A DNA stretch of 64,000 nucleotides from Octopus sinensis (lineage: Eukaryota), in the NCBI RefSeq assembly GCF_006345805.1, contig NC_043000.1, forward strand, positions 147,684,001-147,748,000, in the 5' to 3' direction. Position 1 is the first letter of the stretch; every line of letters starts with the position of its first letter. Below are positions 1 through 12,811 of this stretch, piece by piece. The notes below the pieces were generated by a model. That model ran no database searches. It was not told where the DNA came from and worked only from the letters and a program-made list of their open reading frames with translations. Made by a program: the position numbers and the translations under genes.

Positions 1-284
1 GACATACCAACTATTGATTTGAAAAGAAAGTGTGAATCTTATAAATCAATTCATTGACTTCTTTTTTTTTTTTTGTTTAATTTTTCTAAACCTCTCTAAA
101 GATGATATAAAAAATAATTCAATAATATTTCTGAATTAAATAATAAATACATAGATAGATTTGAAGACTTATTTTATTCAAACTATAAATATTAGGGAAG
201 GAAATTAAGAAAACTTAACAAAAAACAAACTAATCACATATTGTAATTGTAAATTACTGTTGCTAATTGTTGATGTTTTCATAG

Positions 285-330
285 GTATTTTACCTAAGAA
301 TAAACTCTGGTTGTGATCCAATCATTTTCA
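285..330 (+). CDS. Candidate exon (VFYLRINSGCDPIIF) of an unidentified plus-strand gene
   Basis: Acceptor gatgttttcatag, donor CA|GTGAGT; only one of the three frames is open. Confidence 0.35.
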
Positions 331-1820
331 GTGAGTGTGTGTGTGTGTGTGCGTGCATGCATGTGTGTGCATGTCTAATACCTTCACATTCTTATAAAAT
401 TTTGTTTTGGGAAGGGGCTTAATGTTTATCACAAGATCCTGTGGAATCACATGCAGCAGAGTCTGATGTGGTTTCCTCCTATTTCATTCTATACCATGTC
501 ATTTTACCATTGCAAATATTCTGATATGTTATTTACATCCGTTTGATGTTTTTGAATTTGATTTTCTTTATTTGTTCCCAACCATGAACCCGAATACTAT
601 AAGTATAAATCACATTTCTTAAGCCACATTGACAAATGTAGATTATATTGAATTCTTGTTTAAAGGTACAATTCTTAACCTGGAGAAAATTTAAAGCATT
701 CATTCAAGTGGCAAGATTGCTTTTAGGTTGAAAATTTATTTACATTGAATTCATTTTTTCTTGGTGTTGATTTTTTACACGACTAATTTTTTCTTAATAT
801 ATAGGAAACAGGGTTAGATAGTAAACTGGTAAGGAAGGCATGCTGGATAAAAAAAAAGATTAAGAAACAGTGACTTGAAGCAACTAAAGTTTATTTCATT
901 TATAATAATCTTTCTTGGACAAAGATGAAACCTGAGTGCAATGAACTTCATATTGTCCTGCAGTATTGCAATATTTTACAGTTGAAATGGCTGTAAAGAA
1001 CAAAACAAGTACCCAGCTCTCAGCGAGAATTTGTTAGAAACATATCAGTGGTGGTAAACTGTATCAATATATTGCTTATCTATAAGAAACATTATTTCCA
1101 ATTTTTCATGTCTCAGGGGCATTACCAGGCTTGAGAACTGATTTGGTTATTGTTTAACCCTTTTGTAGGGTTCTGTAGTACAAATGTCTTGTTTTCATAA
1201 GTTTTTCACTAGCTTAATGATAAATTATTTTACTAAATTCTTTGTTATATTTAAAATAATTGAAAGAAACACAGAGCATCTCAAAATAAATACAGTAACG
1301 AAAGGGTTAAATAAATAAATTATAGTTGGTTTATTTAGTATAGTTACAGAACTGTATAGGAGTTGCAAGGATGACTAGTTTAAAGTTAATGAAAAAGGAA
1401 ACGAAGTCGAGTGCTAATATTAATCTAGCTGTTATTATCTACAATTTTAGGTGTTTTTGTTACTATACACTTCATCCTACTTGAATATTGACAAAATATA
1501 AAATACATATCCATTTAGATAAGCTAATAGTAACTTGACAGCTGCTATCACTAACATCCCCCCTCATGACAACCACCTCTTTTTGAAACCAATAAATATG
1601 CTTTACTAACATTTAGACTACATCACTAACTTCATACTCCTTAAGTTCATAATCAAATTACACTATCATTGGATGGTATACAAATTGGAATAAAAACGAT
1701 TTAATTAGAAATATATTCCTATTTGAATTTAATCAGAGATTTCTTTATTTTCTGTTTATCATTTGAATCCTTCAGGTCTAGACATAGTAAAATGGCTTCC
1801 ATGAAATGGCAAACATTTAA

Positions 1821-2040
1821 CCCTTTAGCATTTAAATTGGCCATATCCGGCCAAAAGTATTCTGCCTGTTTTATGGTCAAACTGGCCAGATCTGGTCTCT
1901 CACACTAACCCTACAATATCATTTTAAAAATTACAGGTACCTCATCAAAATCTCATAGATTCAAGATAATGCATGATTAGTTCAAAACAATTTAGATAAA
2001 AAAGGATTAATTTTGGCAGAATAATGTGAACACTAAAGGG
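1821..2040. mobile_element. piggyBac-type MITE family 1 (TTAA|CCCTTTAG...CTAAAGGG|TTAA); second copy at 16779-17224
   Basis: TTAA TSDs and CCCTTTAG terminal inverted repeats. Confidence 0.8.
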
Positions 2041-2423
2041 TTAATGAAATTCTGGTTTCTATTAAGTTGTCATAATTACTTCCTTTTATACTTTTCTCAC
2101 TATAACTATCAGTTACTTTTAAACATAAATTGTGCAAAGTGCACAATTTGTGGTTACAGATAACTCATAGTTAATACATATCAATTTATAATTAACCATA
2201 ATTTCTAAGTTTTATTATCCTTGAACATGTATAGGAAATTTATTGCATCCAATGACATGTTTGTCATAAAGTGTAGTTTGGTATTTTAGCTGCTAAAATA
2301 TAGTCTTTTGAGTTGAAGTTAAAACTAAAGAATATGCAATCACTTTTTTTCTGTTGCATCAACTTTTGTTAAGCTAATGTGTGTCAAATATAATTTTTTA
2401 AAATGTCTCTCTTATTATCATAG

Positions 2424-2453
2424 GTGTTTTCAAGTCATTGATATCCTTAGTTG
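2424..2453 (+). CDS. Candidate 30-nt exon ((S)VFKSLISLV)
   Basis: Acceptor ctcttattatcatag, donor TG|GTATAG; phase 1-1, compatible with 285-330. Confidence 0.25.
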
Positions 2454-3570
2454 GTATAGCTACACAATAGTAGCCTCATGGTATTGCTGTGACTAGAACA
2501 TTGGGTTAGATTTTTTTTGAAAATGATTATCAGTACTCTTCTACTTGGGTAAATAATGTTTATATAATATTAAATTATACTGTTGGGATGTTTTCCCCTT
2601 TTTTAATATGATCCACCTAAACACTTTTTTTTTTTTATTTTGCTGATTCTTGTCAGATGAGTTTGCAAATTAAAAACAAAATGTCTAGGAAATGTTTAAG
2701 CAAATTCCTTTTAGATATCCTTTACATCTGAATACTCTTCTTTCATATCAACTGTTCTCAACTGTACAATGAAACTGATGCCTATTTTTCTGCTTGATTA
2801 GAATGAGGAAATTAAGGTAATGTGCCTTGCCTAAGGGTACAATGCAATGCCTGTGGCAGGGTTTGAATAGTCCAGTATCTTAACCATTCAGCCACCATTA
2901 AAGCTTTCTTTTGGAGGCAGTGTGAACGTGTTTTCATATCTTAAAGACCATTTTCATTATTATTATTACTTCTGATTTGTGCTAATATCCAGAAGTATCT
3001 CATCCATCCAAAAATCTTATTCCAAGGTACATTGTTTTGAACATACTGATGGTTTATATTTTTACTGTTTCATCTTGTAAAGTGATCCTGCAATCAAGCT
3101 GGTGTTGTTCACTCGAGTGTTTTTAGAACCTGGTGAGCGGGGGAAGAAAGTTTTGTATTTGATCTTGCCATCATCTCTCTATTAATACAAACCTCTTCTC
3201 TTTGTTTCTGGTAATCATCTAGAAAAAAGCAGAAATCAATTCATTAAACCATATCATATTTACAGTTGCTTATTTTATGACTAAAATAATTTTCTTTTTC
3301 TCAGTAACTATGTTCTGTGAACATAACTAAATAATTGTTGACTGTTTTATTCCTAAAACACAAGCCAACTTCATGAGTTTAAAATATTTATAAAAGAAAA
3401 AAAAAATTTTTTTTTTTTTTTGGTGAACAAACAAATTTGAAGGAATATAGAGATCCTACTTTTATGGTTTAAAGTTTCTTCAAAGGAACACATTTCCTAA
3501 CTCTTTCAAAGTTCTCACAACATTTTCATCATTTGTTTTAAGACTTTTTTTTTTTTCTCCCCTTGAACAG

Positions 3571-3665
3571 TTTCTCACCTTCCAGAAATGTTTGCTTCCC
3601 TACTTACGGGGGATAAGTTTAACAATTTTCCCCTTAGTGGCAGGCAAGGGAGTGAAAACTTGTAG
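3571..3665 (+). CDS. Candidate terminal coding exon ((V)SHLPEMFASLLTGDKFNNFPLSGRQGSENL*)
   Basis: Very strong acceptor ttttttttctccccttgaacag; phase-1 frame open to TAG at 3663-3665. Confidence 0.3.
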
Positions 3666-4999
3666 ATGGAGGTTTTATTGCTTGTATCCCCCAACTGTTA
3701 AAATCATTTTGTTTAGAATCGAAAACATAAAAGGCAACTCAACGAGCCTTTCTAAAAAGACTTTAGAACAGAAGTGAAAATATATCACTCAAAAGGCTTA
3801 CATATTTTTCATATCTGGGTGATTTTATTTATTATTTTGTTCATTAAAACTATTGGATTTCTCCTGCTTTCTGTCTGTGTACATAATTTGTTATGTATTT
3901 TGTACATAGGGCTATTTTTGTTTTATTATAATTTTGTTGTTCTCTTTACCTTGTAAAAATATTTCATCTGATGCACTACAGCGCTCAGTTAAAAAGAGAA
4001 AAAAAAAAATTCAGTTAGGCACCTTTCTCATTATTTTTGGTTTTAACTGAAACAACTTACTCTTGCTTATATTCCATCACTTTTTCATCTTGATTTTTAA
4101 ACTGTAATCTTTTAATTAGAAAATGCAAACAAAATTAAAGATTATTCTGAATGTGAAATAATTTGCTTTTTTTTTTTTTTCTTTTTCAAGAAACCTGTTT
4201 TCTATGTATTATTTTTTATTGTTCATACCTTTTAACTTCCAGTCAACATAACTAAGGTAATAATTTCTAACTTTCGTACAAGGTACAACTCTTGGATGTG
4301 AGGTACTACAGACAGTTTGGTCTCAGTACTCGACTAGTACTTGTTCTTATCAACCCTGGAAGAATAAAAGGGAACATGAACTCTGGCAAGATTTGAATGC
4401 AGAAATATATAGAAAGGCATATTGTCTGGTGCTCACCAATTTCATCCATGTTGTTCAATAAGAATACATATGTGTATACTAACAATCACCATTGCTAATT
4501 ATCCTTGATATGGATGGCAATGTACCTCCCTGAGTAGGTTTCTTCCTTTTTTCAACCTTAAGGATTTGCAAGGATATGATAATTCATTGAGCAGTAATTC
4601 TTGTAATAATTATTTTGACATATGCCTTCAAGCACATGTTTGCACAAATCTTCCTTTCAGATGCTACCCACTTGCTCTTTCCATCCAGCCCATCTGAATG
4701 GGAAGAATCAGAACAGCCACAATCACTGTAAGGTAAGTCTGGTGAGACTGTTAAAATGCTTGACAGGATGTATGTAGATGTGTTCTGTGTGCAAGAAGCA
4801 AGATGGATAGGAGCCTCACTTACACTTCTCATAAAGAACAAAGATATAAAGTCTTCTGAATAGGCATAGTGATATGACATACTTTTGCTAGGAAATGGGT
4901 AGATAAGGTGACTGAGGTAGTCTGAGTGTACGATGGGATAATTAAGCTTAGACTAGTCTTGGGGAAAAACACAGCAGTAACATTTATCTCAGCGTATAT

Positions 5000-5420
5000 C
5001 AAGACTGGCAGATGAACTAAAGGACTGATTTTTATAAGATGCTTTTGCAGATTACTTTGACCAGTGGCAGTGACTTTGGACGAACATGTTGGGCAATAAC
5101 CGGTTAGATCCCAAGATGTACAATGTTTGCTCTGGCTTTGATCTTCGACAGTAAAGATGCCTGCATAGCATCCAGCAATGATTTCTGCACATTCTTTGAG
5201 ATTGTCAGTAATTTGGCCTGTGTGGGGATTGCCAAGGGGGGCCAACTGGAGAGTGAGGTCTCTGTTTTGAATGTACATACTTCTAGAACACTTTACTGTC
5301 AGGGTTGGTTGCTATGTGCTGTTTGAATTCAAGCACTGCCCTTTTGTCACCTGCTTTGGTCCTAGAAAGATGAGAACAAGGTTGTTGGGGATTCTGTGAT
5401 GCAAATGACCTGATGACCCC
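5000..5420 (-). mobile_element. CR1/L2-type LINE ORF2 remnant inserted in the RTE copy
   Basis: KVF*KYVHSK and PLGNPHTGQITDNLKECAEIIAGCYAGIFTVED resemble the CR1/L2 inter-domain motif (F.KYV.SK...PL....G....D..EKAE.L..YF..VFT.ED). Confidence 0.5.
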
Positions 5421-6118
5421 AGCCAGTCATCTAATCACCTAACAGTCTGGAAGGCACAGAAGCTAGATTGATTGCGTTTTCACCAGTAAATGGGATAGAT
5501 AGATGCTTCTGAATATAAAGCCTGGGTGAGGAATGTATAGCCTAACAAAGGTTAGTGGGTAGTGACTTCAGACTTAGAGCTAAAACCAGTCTGGAAAAGA
5601 ATGTTACAAAAGCATAAAGATTCAGTGTACAGTAAGAAATTTAGAGAAGTATGAGTTGAAGCATTTGACAGGAAAGAGGAGATAGGATATTGGAGAGGAG
5701 AACTAGAAGTTCCTTTAGGACAACCTATTGGGGCTACAGACCAAATCTGGCTGTTACAAAGTTCCAATCAGATCAAGGGCAATGTAATGGTAAAACAATT
5801 CAAAAATGAAGAATGGGAGTAGCAGAGAATTAGACCAAGTTTATTTAACGAGGGGGAGAAGCTGAATGGAAGTAGTTTGCCAATGTGTTACAATATAAGG
5901 ACCAAAGGTATGAGGTGGTGTGGGTTGCAAGAGAGTATCAGAAGTGTGTGCAGCTGGATAATGTTATACACTTGCACTTAATGATTCTGGAAAGAAAGAG
6001 GAATGGAAGCACTACTATGAAAGGAGAATGTATGGCAGAGAGATGGTCTTCCCAATGTGGACCCAACAGAGGGAGCAGCTATCCTAGTTGGCAACAGTAT
6101 AATAGATAAAGAAATTAA

Positions 6119-6490
6119 GGCGCAGGAGTGGCTGTGTGGTAAGTAGCTTGCTAACCAACCACATGGTTCCGGGTTCAGTCCCACTGCGTGGCATCTAGGG
6201 CAAGTGTCTTCTGCTATAGCCCCAGGCCGACCAATGCCTTGTGAGTGGATTTGGTAGACGGAAACTGAAAGAAGCTAGTCATATATATGTGTTTGTTCCC
6301 CTAGCATTGCTTGACAACCGATGCTGGTGTGTTTATGTCTCCATTACACAGCGGTTCGGCAAAAAGAGACCGATAGAATAAGTACTGGGCTTACAAAAAG
6401 AATAAGTCCCGGGGTCGAGTTGCTCGACTAAAGGCGGTGCTCCAGCATGGCCGCAGTCAAATGACTGAAACAAATAAAAGAGTAAAGAGA
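6119..6490 (+). mobile_element. tRNA-derived SINE family A (head ggcgcaggagtggctgtgtggtaag, central (TA/TG)n, tail gtaaaagag). Other copies: 7899-8287+, 15530-15911-, 17483-17865-, 18195-18611-, 19587-19992+, 23111-23540+, 25737-26118+, 36869-37258+, 41829-42230-
   Basis: More than 10 near-identical copies; box A/B-like head (GGTTCAGTCCC); CORE-like ccttgggcaagtgtctt segment. Resembles described octopus SINEs; the named family was not assigned without a library search. Confidence 0.9.
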
Positions 6491-8639
6491 ATATGAAAGC
6501 AGGGAAAACTCTTTAGTAGTGGAATAGGATATAGCCTAATGCTTATAGTTGATCAGGTTGAACAAGAAGTTATTCTGAATGACTGGTGTAGGAGCATTAT
6601 AGTCAACTGTTACAAGAGTAAATGATAGTCCTTAAAAGTTATTACAGAGTATAAAATTACTGGACTGGGCCATGAAAGTTATGGAAAGTGCTAAAGGGAA
6701 TTGGATTAGATGGGGGTGCCAGGAAGAAGTACTATTGCTGCTGTTTTCCTTCTTAAGAGAACAGAAGAAAACCTACAGAGGTCCTCCCTCTGGTGGTTAC
6801 TGAGGAAGCTAGGAATAAATGAATGGCCTTTAAGAGCCATACAAGCAGTGTACAGAAGTACTGTTATTACCCTCTATTCATCATAGTCCTCCAGATCATA
6901 AGAATTTAAGACTGGTTGCTCTTGGGAACTGCAATATGCTGATTACCTTGTTCTTATAAAAGAACTAGTATAGCAAAAAAATGCATTAAAAATGGGGAAA
7001 AAATTATGGTAATTTTTTTAAAATCATTGATTCATCATAGACACTTTTAGAGAGTTACTTCCCTTATATAATAGCGAAAAAATGGAAAAAAATGATGGTA
7101 AATTTTTTTAAATCGTAGACTCATCGTAGATGCGCGCTAATACCCAGAAGGGCTCGATATGAATCACGACTATAAGATACCCGGTTTTGATTAAACTGCA
7201 CCGCAAAATGTGGGAGTAGTTAGGAATCTAAATCGTAGGAGACAGACACACAACTTGACTTTTATATATAAAGATATGTAACAGAATTAGAAAAGAAATT
7301 CCAGGTGTGGAAGCAAAACCTGGATTCAAAGGGCCTTAAAGTTAACTAAGCAAAAGCCAAAGTTTTAGTTGGCAAAAAATAGGACTTCACTCCCTTTGCG
7401 ATAATGACACTATTCAATATGTAGGAAGAAATTCATATGTACTCAGTGCAAGCTATAGTTCTTAAGAAATGCAGGGGTTCACATGAAGGTTGACAGAGAA
7501 AGTAGCCTTTGTATGTGGCAGATACACAGGAGTGATAAATACTAAGAACACAAGAAATAATCTCAAATGCCCAGAAATTTAACCTCCCTACAGTTAGTAG
7601 ATAGTTTATGTTAGGTAACTTAATTTGCAGTGATGGAAGATGTTCTAAAAGTATAGTTCCTAGAATAAGAGGATGGAAAAAGTTCAGAGAGATAATGCTT
7701 GGTTACAAGGGCAAAAGGCAGATAGTATAATGCATGTGTACAAAGAGTATTGCTCCATGGCAAGGAAAAGTAAACTATGAATCCAAAAACTAGAAAGGAA
7801 TGAAGCTAGCATGTTCCTTAGATGTACAACAAAGTGAAAATGTGTTGGGAAAAATTGGGCTGTAATTGTGTTTTTTTTTTTTAAAAAAAAAGATACAGGT
7901 ACAGGAGTGGCTGTGTGGTAAGTAGCTTGCTAACCAACCACATGGTTCCGGGTTCAGTCCCACTGCATGGCATCTTGGGCAAGTGTCTTCTGCTATAGCC
8001 CCGGGGCGACCAATGCTTTGTGAGTGGATTTGGTAGACGGAAACTGAAAGAAGCCTGTCGTATATATGTATATATATATATATATGTTTGTGTGTCTGTG
8101 TTTGTCCCCCTAGCATTGCTTGACAACCGATGCTGGTGTGTTTATGTCCCCGTTACTTAGCAGTTCAGCAAAAGAGGCCGATAGAATAAATACTGGGCTT
8201 ACAAAAGAATAAGTCCCGGGGTTGACTAAAGGCGGTGCTCCAGCATGGTCGCAGTCAAATGACTGAAACAAGTAAAAGAGTAAGAGTATGACTGTAAAGT
8301 GAACTGTAATTTAAAAGAACAGTAAAATGGAACTGCTTGCTGGGGAGTGGGGTGAGTAAGCCATTTCATCCTCATTTTTTTATCATAGTTATAGTCCATT
8401 CGACATGTGTTTTATATGTACCCCAATGTCCTGTTTTGTCTGTCTTTGTGGTGTCCCCTCTTTATGAAGTCCGTGTGCCTAAATAAAAGAAATCGAAGAG
8501 ACAGTTGTATAAAGAAGGGCTGATTGTTAAATGTGGATGGAATTTGTAGAAGGAAACACAGGATGAAATAATGGTGATTTACTGTGCTTGAAAAAGACCA
8601 TCCATCTTAACAAAAGTGAGGTCCTAAATGCTTCATATT

Positions 8640-9130
8640 TAATAATAATAATAATAATGAAATTATTGTATACAGTGCTCAGGTGCTCCACAACTTGTCA
8701 GAGTATATGCAGTAATGTACAAATGTCTGGAAAGCGAACAATGCATGAGTCAGATACATGCTTGTGTGTGTATGGAGGGGAGGAAATCAGGTGTAGTGTT
8801 GGTGAATCTAAGAAAGCATGGAAGTTTTGAAGGATGCAGTGCTCCAACAACTAACAACCGATGCTGGCGGTTTGTTCCATGCCTCAGCAACTCTCAGCGT
8901 GAAAAAATGTTTCCTGAAGTCATGGGAGCTGTGCTGTTTTCTGACTTTGTAAATATGTCCACAGGCGTTAGATGGGTGGAGTTTGAAAAGGTGCTCAGAG
9001 TTATTGTTTGTACGATGGTTGATAATTTTATGGGTGTCTGCCAAGGTCAGCTGCCAGACGTCAGAGTTTCAATGTGTCCATGCCCAGAGAAGTAAGGCGT
9101 TCAGGATATGGCAAATGCCTGATGGAGGGT
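8640..9130 (-). mobile_element. CR1 LINE 3' end, 5'-truncated
   Basis: ORF 8808-9044: RKHFFTLRVAEAWNKPPASVV; (ATT)n-type tail at ~8640-8660. Confidence 0.85.
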
Positions 9131-9564
9131 ATTTATGTATACACATCATATATATGTTTATACCTAGTTTTCCTTTAAGAGGAAAACTGTGCATAAGAGG
9201 CATCAGATGTGTGTCAGAGAGGAAACTGCACTGGTTTGGTTATGTGATATGTATGAATGAGGACAGCTGTGTAAAAAAGTGCTGGACTCTAATTGTGGGG
9301 GGAAGATGTGAGAAAGCATCTTCAGATGCTGGGCCTCACTGAGGAAATGACAATCGATGAGTTGTGGCAACTTGCTGTACTTGAGAAGACACCATGCTAA
9401 AATTGCGGTCTTCCATACATACAGGCTTGTCCTTTACAGGTGCTGGTGCCATGCAAAAATGCACTTGTGCCAGTGCTGCATAAATGCACCCGGTGCCAGT
9501 GGCATATAAGAAACACCCAGCACACTCTGTAAAGTGGTTAGCATTAGGAAAGACATCCTGCTGT

Positions 9565-9951
9565 GTGGAAGCACTCCGTCGGTTACGACGATGAGGGTTC
9601 CAGTTGATCCGAATCAACGGAACAGCCTACTCGTGAAATTAACGTGTAAGTGGCTGAGCACTCCACAGACACGTTCACCCTTAACGTAGTTCTCGGAGAT
9701 ATTCAGCGTGACACAGAGAGTGACAAGGCCGGCCCTTTGAAATACAGGTACAACAGAAACAGGAAGTAAGAGTGAGAGAAAGTTGTGGTGAAAGAGTACA
9801 GCAGGGATCACCACCATCCCCTGCTGGAGCCTCGTGGAGCTTTTAAGTGTTTTCGCTCAATAAACACTCACAACGCCTGGTCTGGGAATCGAAACCGCGA
9901 TCCTATGACCGTGAGTCCGCTGCCCTAACCACTGGGCCATTGCGCCTCCAC
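9565..9951 (-). mobile_element. SINE family D, full length, 12-bp TSD ACATCCTGCTGT
   Basis: tRNA-like head with TGGCCCAGTGG / GGTTTCGATTCC; TSD at 9553-9564 and 9952-9963. Confidence 0.92.
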
Positions 9952-10223
9952 ACATCCTGCTGTAGAAATTATGCCACAACAGACAATTGGAGTCTGGTCA
10001 GCTGCCTGGTTGACCAGCTCTTGTCAAACAGTCCAACCCATGCCAGCATGGAAAATGGACATTGAATAATAAATTACAATGATGACCCAATGGGTCTTGT
10101 CCCTGCCCTAGCACCCAAACTGTCCCTGTCAAACCTTCCTCATTTTTCATCTAACACCCATTCCTCTGTTCTTCTAACTAGGGCACTGTTTAGCTGCTAT
10201 AATCATATGAGTATAATATGCAC

Positions 10224-10588
10224 GTGGAGGCGCAATGGCCCAGTGGTTAGGGCAGCGGACTCGCGGTCATAGGATCGCGGTTTTGATTCCCAGACCGGGC
10301 GTTGTGAGTGTTTATTGAGCGAAAACACCTAAAGCTCCACGAGGCTCCGGCAGGGGATGGTGGTGATCCCTGCTGTACTTCTCTCTTACTTCCTGTTTCT
10401 GTTGTACCTGTATTTCAAAGGGCCGACCTTGTCACTCTCTGTGTCACGCTGAATATCCCCGAGAACTACGTTAAGGGTACACGTGTCTGTGGAGTGCTCA
10501 GCCACGTACACGTTAATTTCACAAGCAGGCTGTTCCGTTGATTCGGATCAACCGGAACCCTCGTCGTCGTAACCAATGGAGTGCTTCC
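10224..10588 (+). mobile_element. SINE family D, 11-bp TSD ATAATATGCAC
   Basis: TSD at 10213-10223 and 10589-10599; small internal deletion relative to the 9565 copy. Confidence 0.92.
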
Positions 10589-11092
10589 ATAATATGCACA
10601 CATCTCATCCCTCAGTTATGTCCCTTCTCCTTGGATCCACCACTTCCTTTTAAAATACATCCCTCATTCTCAATATCATCCCTTCCTACTTCATTTTCCA
10701 CAATCGTCCCTTTCTATGCTTCCCTAAGATACATCTTAGGACTGCCGTAACCTTATTTTTTTTGTATCTGCTATCATTCTCATCATTCTGGTATATCTGC
10801 TATTGAAGGCTTCCCCCTCCACTTTCACAATGCCCAGCCCTACATACGCTGACATTCATCTCTGTCACTCTACTTCTTTCTCTCATCACCTCCACTCTCC
10901 CAACCCATACATCATCTACATATTTTCTGATCTACCTATGAGTTTGTTATGCTGCTGCTCACCTCCCTGTGCTGCCACTTATTACCTCCTGTTTCCTAAA
11001 TCACTCCTATTCCTCCACCTTCTCCCACCTTCTCCCACCTTCTTGATATTTACCTTCAACCACACCTCCACCCTAGTTCTATCCACTACGTA

Positions 11093-11303
11093 TTTCTTTA
11101 TTACCCACAAGGGGCTAAACATAGAGGGGACAAACAAGGACAGACATAGGTATTAAGTGCGTAACTGGTACTTAATTTATCGACCCTGAAAGGATGAAAG
11201 GCAAAGTCGACCTCGGCGGAATTTGAACTCAGAACGTGATGGCAGACAGAATACGGCTAGGCATTTTGCCCCGCGTCCTAACGTTTCTGCCAGCTCGCCG
11301 CCT
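11093..11303 (-). mobile_element. SINE family B (head ggcggcgagctggcagaaacgttagc, tail gtaataaagaaata). Other copies: 14273-14487+, 16320-16550+, 31124-31352+, 35811-36632 cluster, 45215-45443+
   Basis: Repeated ~215-bp unit with GAGTTCAAATTCC B-box. Confidence 0.88.
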
Positions 11304-11499
11304 ATATCTATCCACTACGTTCTCCTCTACACCCATCTCGAACCATCTGTTACTCTCTTTTCACACCAATGAACTTATTTATTCTGCCTGATTCTTGGTC
11401 CATATTCTTTCCTAAATTCAACTTGTTTCTTGAGAGTATGCTCTGACACTAAGTCACTGCCACCATTGTCTTCTTTCCAGCTCATATATAATGTTGAGT

Positions 11500-12290
11500 G
11501 GCCACATATCTCCTCTAAGCAAAACGCTCAACACCTGGTGTAAAGTCACCTCTCTCTCTTCAATACAACCTTACTCAGTTGAGAGTCTTTTCTTTGTCTT
11601 TATGACCTCACTTAGTGCTTGTGTTATCAAAAATAGTACTTCTCTCTGGCACCCCCATCTAATCCAATTCCCTTTAACACTTTCCATAACTTTCATGGCC
11701 CAGTCCAGGAATTTTATACTCTGTAATAACTTTTAAGGACTATCATTTACTCTTGTAACAGTTGACTATAATGCTCCTACACCAGTCATTCAGAATAACC
11801 TCTTGTTCAACCTGATCAACTATAAGCATCATTAGGCTATATCCTATTCCACTACTAAAGAGTTTTCCCTTTCATATCCTTAATTTCTTTATCTATTATA
11901 CTGTTGCCAACAAGGATAGCTGCTCCCTCTGTTGGGTCCACATTGGGAAGACCATCTTTCTCCCATACATTCTCCTTTCATAGTAGTACTTCCATTCCTC
12001 TTTCTTTTCAGAATCATTAAGTGCAAGTGCAACATTATCCAGCTGCACACACTTCTGATACACTGTCTTGCAATCCACAACATCTCATACCTTTGATCCT
12101 TATATTGTAACACATTGGCACAACTTCTTCCATTCAGCTTCTCCCCCTTGTGAAATAAACTTGGTCTAATTCTCTGCTACTCCCATTCTTCCATTTTTGA
12201 ATTGTTTTACCATTACATTGCCCTTGATCTGATTGGAACTTTGTAACAGTCAGATTTGGTCTGTAGCCCCTAGTAGGTTGTCCTTCAATA
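11500..12290 (-). mobile_element. RTE fragment, inverted near-copy of ~5719-6745
   Basis: Near-identical 74-aa pseudo-ORFs at 5885-6109(+) and 11889-12113(-). Confidence 0.8.
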
Positions 12291-12410
12291 AAGGGGTTGG
12301 CATGAAGAAGGGCATCTGGCTGTAGAACCCATGTGAAAGCATACACTTGAGTTCAACACTGTCCTCCGGCTTTCTCATTTTCATGATAGCTTAAAACTAT
12401 CTTTTTGGAA

Positions 12411-12811
12411 ATCTTTATATATAAAATGTCAAGTTGTATGTCTGTCTCCTACGATTTAGATTCCTAACTACTCCCACATTTTGCGGTGCAGTTTAACCAA
12501 AACCAGGTATCTTATAGTTGTGATTCATATCGAGCCCTTCTGGGTATTAGTGCACGTCTACGATGAGTCTACGATTTAAAAAAATAATTTACCGTCATTT
12601 TTTTCCATTTTAATGCATTTTTTCGCTATTATATAAGGGAAGTAACTCTCTAAAAATGTCTATGATGAGTCAACGATTTAAAAAAAAATTTACCATAATT
12701 TTTTTTTCCGTTTTTAATGCATTTTTTCTATTTTTTTGCTATAACTCTCTAAAAATGCTTATGTAGTTATTTCCCTTACAAACCTGAGCAACGCCGGCCG
12801 ATACTGCTAGT
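12411..12811 (-). mobile_element. Helitron/Helentron-like non-autonomous element (actagcagtatcgcccggcgttgctcggg...tatatataaagat). Partial copies: 6963-7275+, 42733-42792+, 49963-50345+
   Basis: ACTAG start, sub-terminal cccgg-cgttgc-tcggg hairpin, tatataaagat end; no TSD seen. Confidence 0.65.

Larger units (their letters stand above)
4720..10070 (+). mobile_element. Decayed, multiply interrupted RTE-clade LINE (endonuclease through RT to 3' tail)
   Basis: Broken frames: GKSGETVKMLDRMYVDVFCVQEARW (APE endonuclease, ~4730-4810), ELEKKFQVWKQNLDSKGLKVN (RT, ~7285-7345), RKLHWFGYV (C-terminus, ~9220); typical tail ...catgccagcatggaaaatggacattgaataataa at ~10040-10070. Confidence 0.75.

Noticed and set aside
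3109-3983. Minus-strand exons (RCSASDEIFLQ / DDYQKQREEVC...KTLE*)
   Set aside because: Phase-compatible but no recognisable homology, one weak GAG acceptor, and interleaved with the equally tentative plus-strand model.
4661-4732. Plus-strand exon with perfect splice signals
   Set aside because: The donor lies in the RTE endonuclease start (..GKSGE..), so it is probably a repeat-derived cryptic site; exonisation cannot be excluded.
10224-10300. tRNA gene
   Set aside because: tRNA-like head continues into a SINE body with TSDs; it is not a stand-alone tRNA. The same applies to the other SINE heads.
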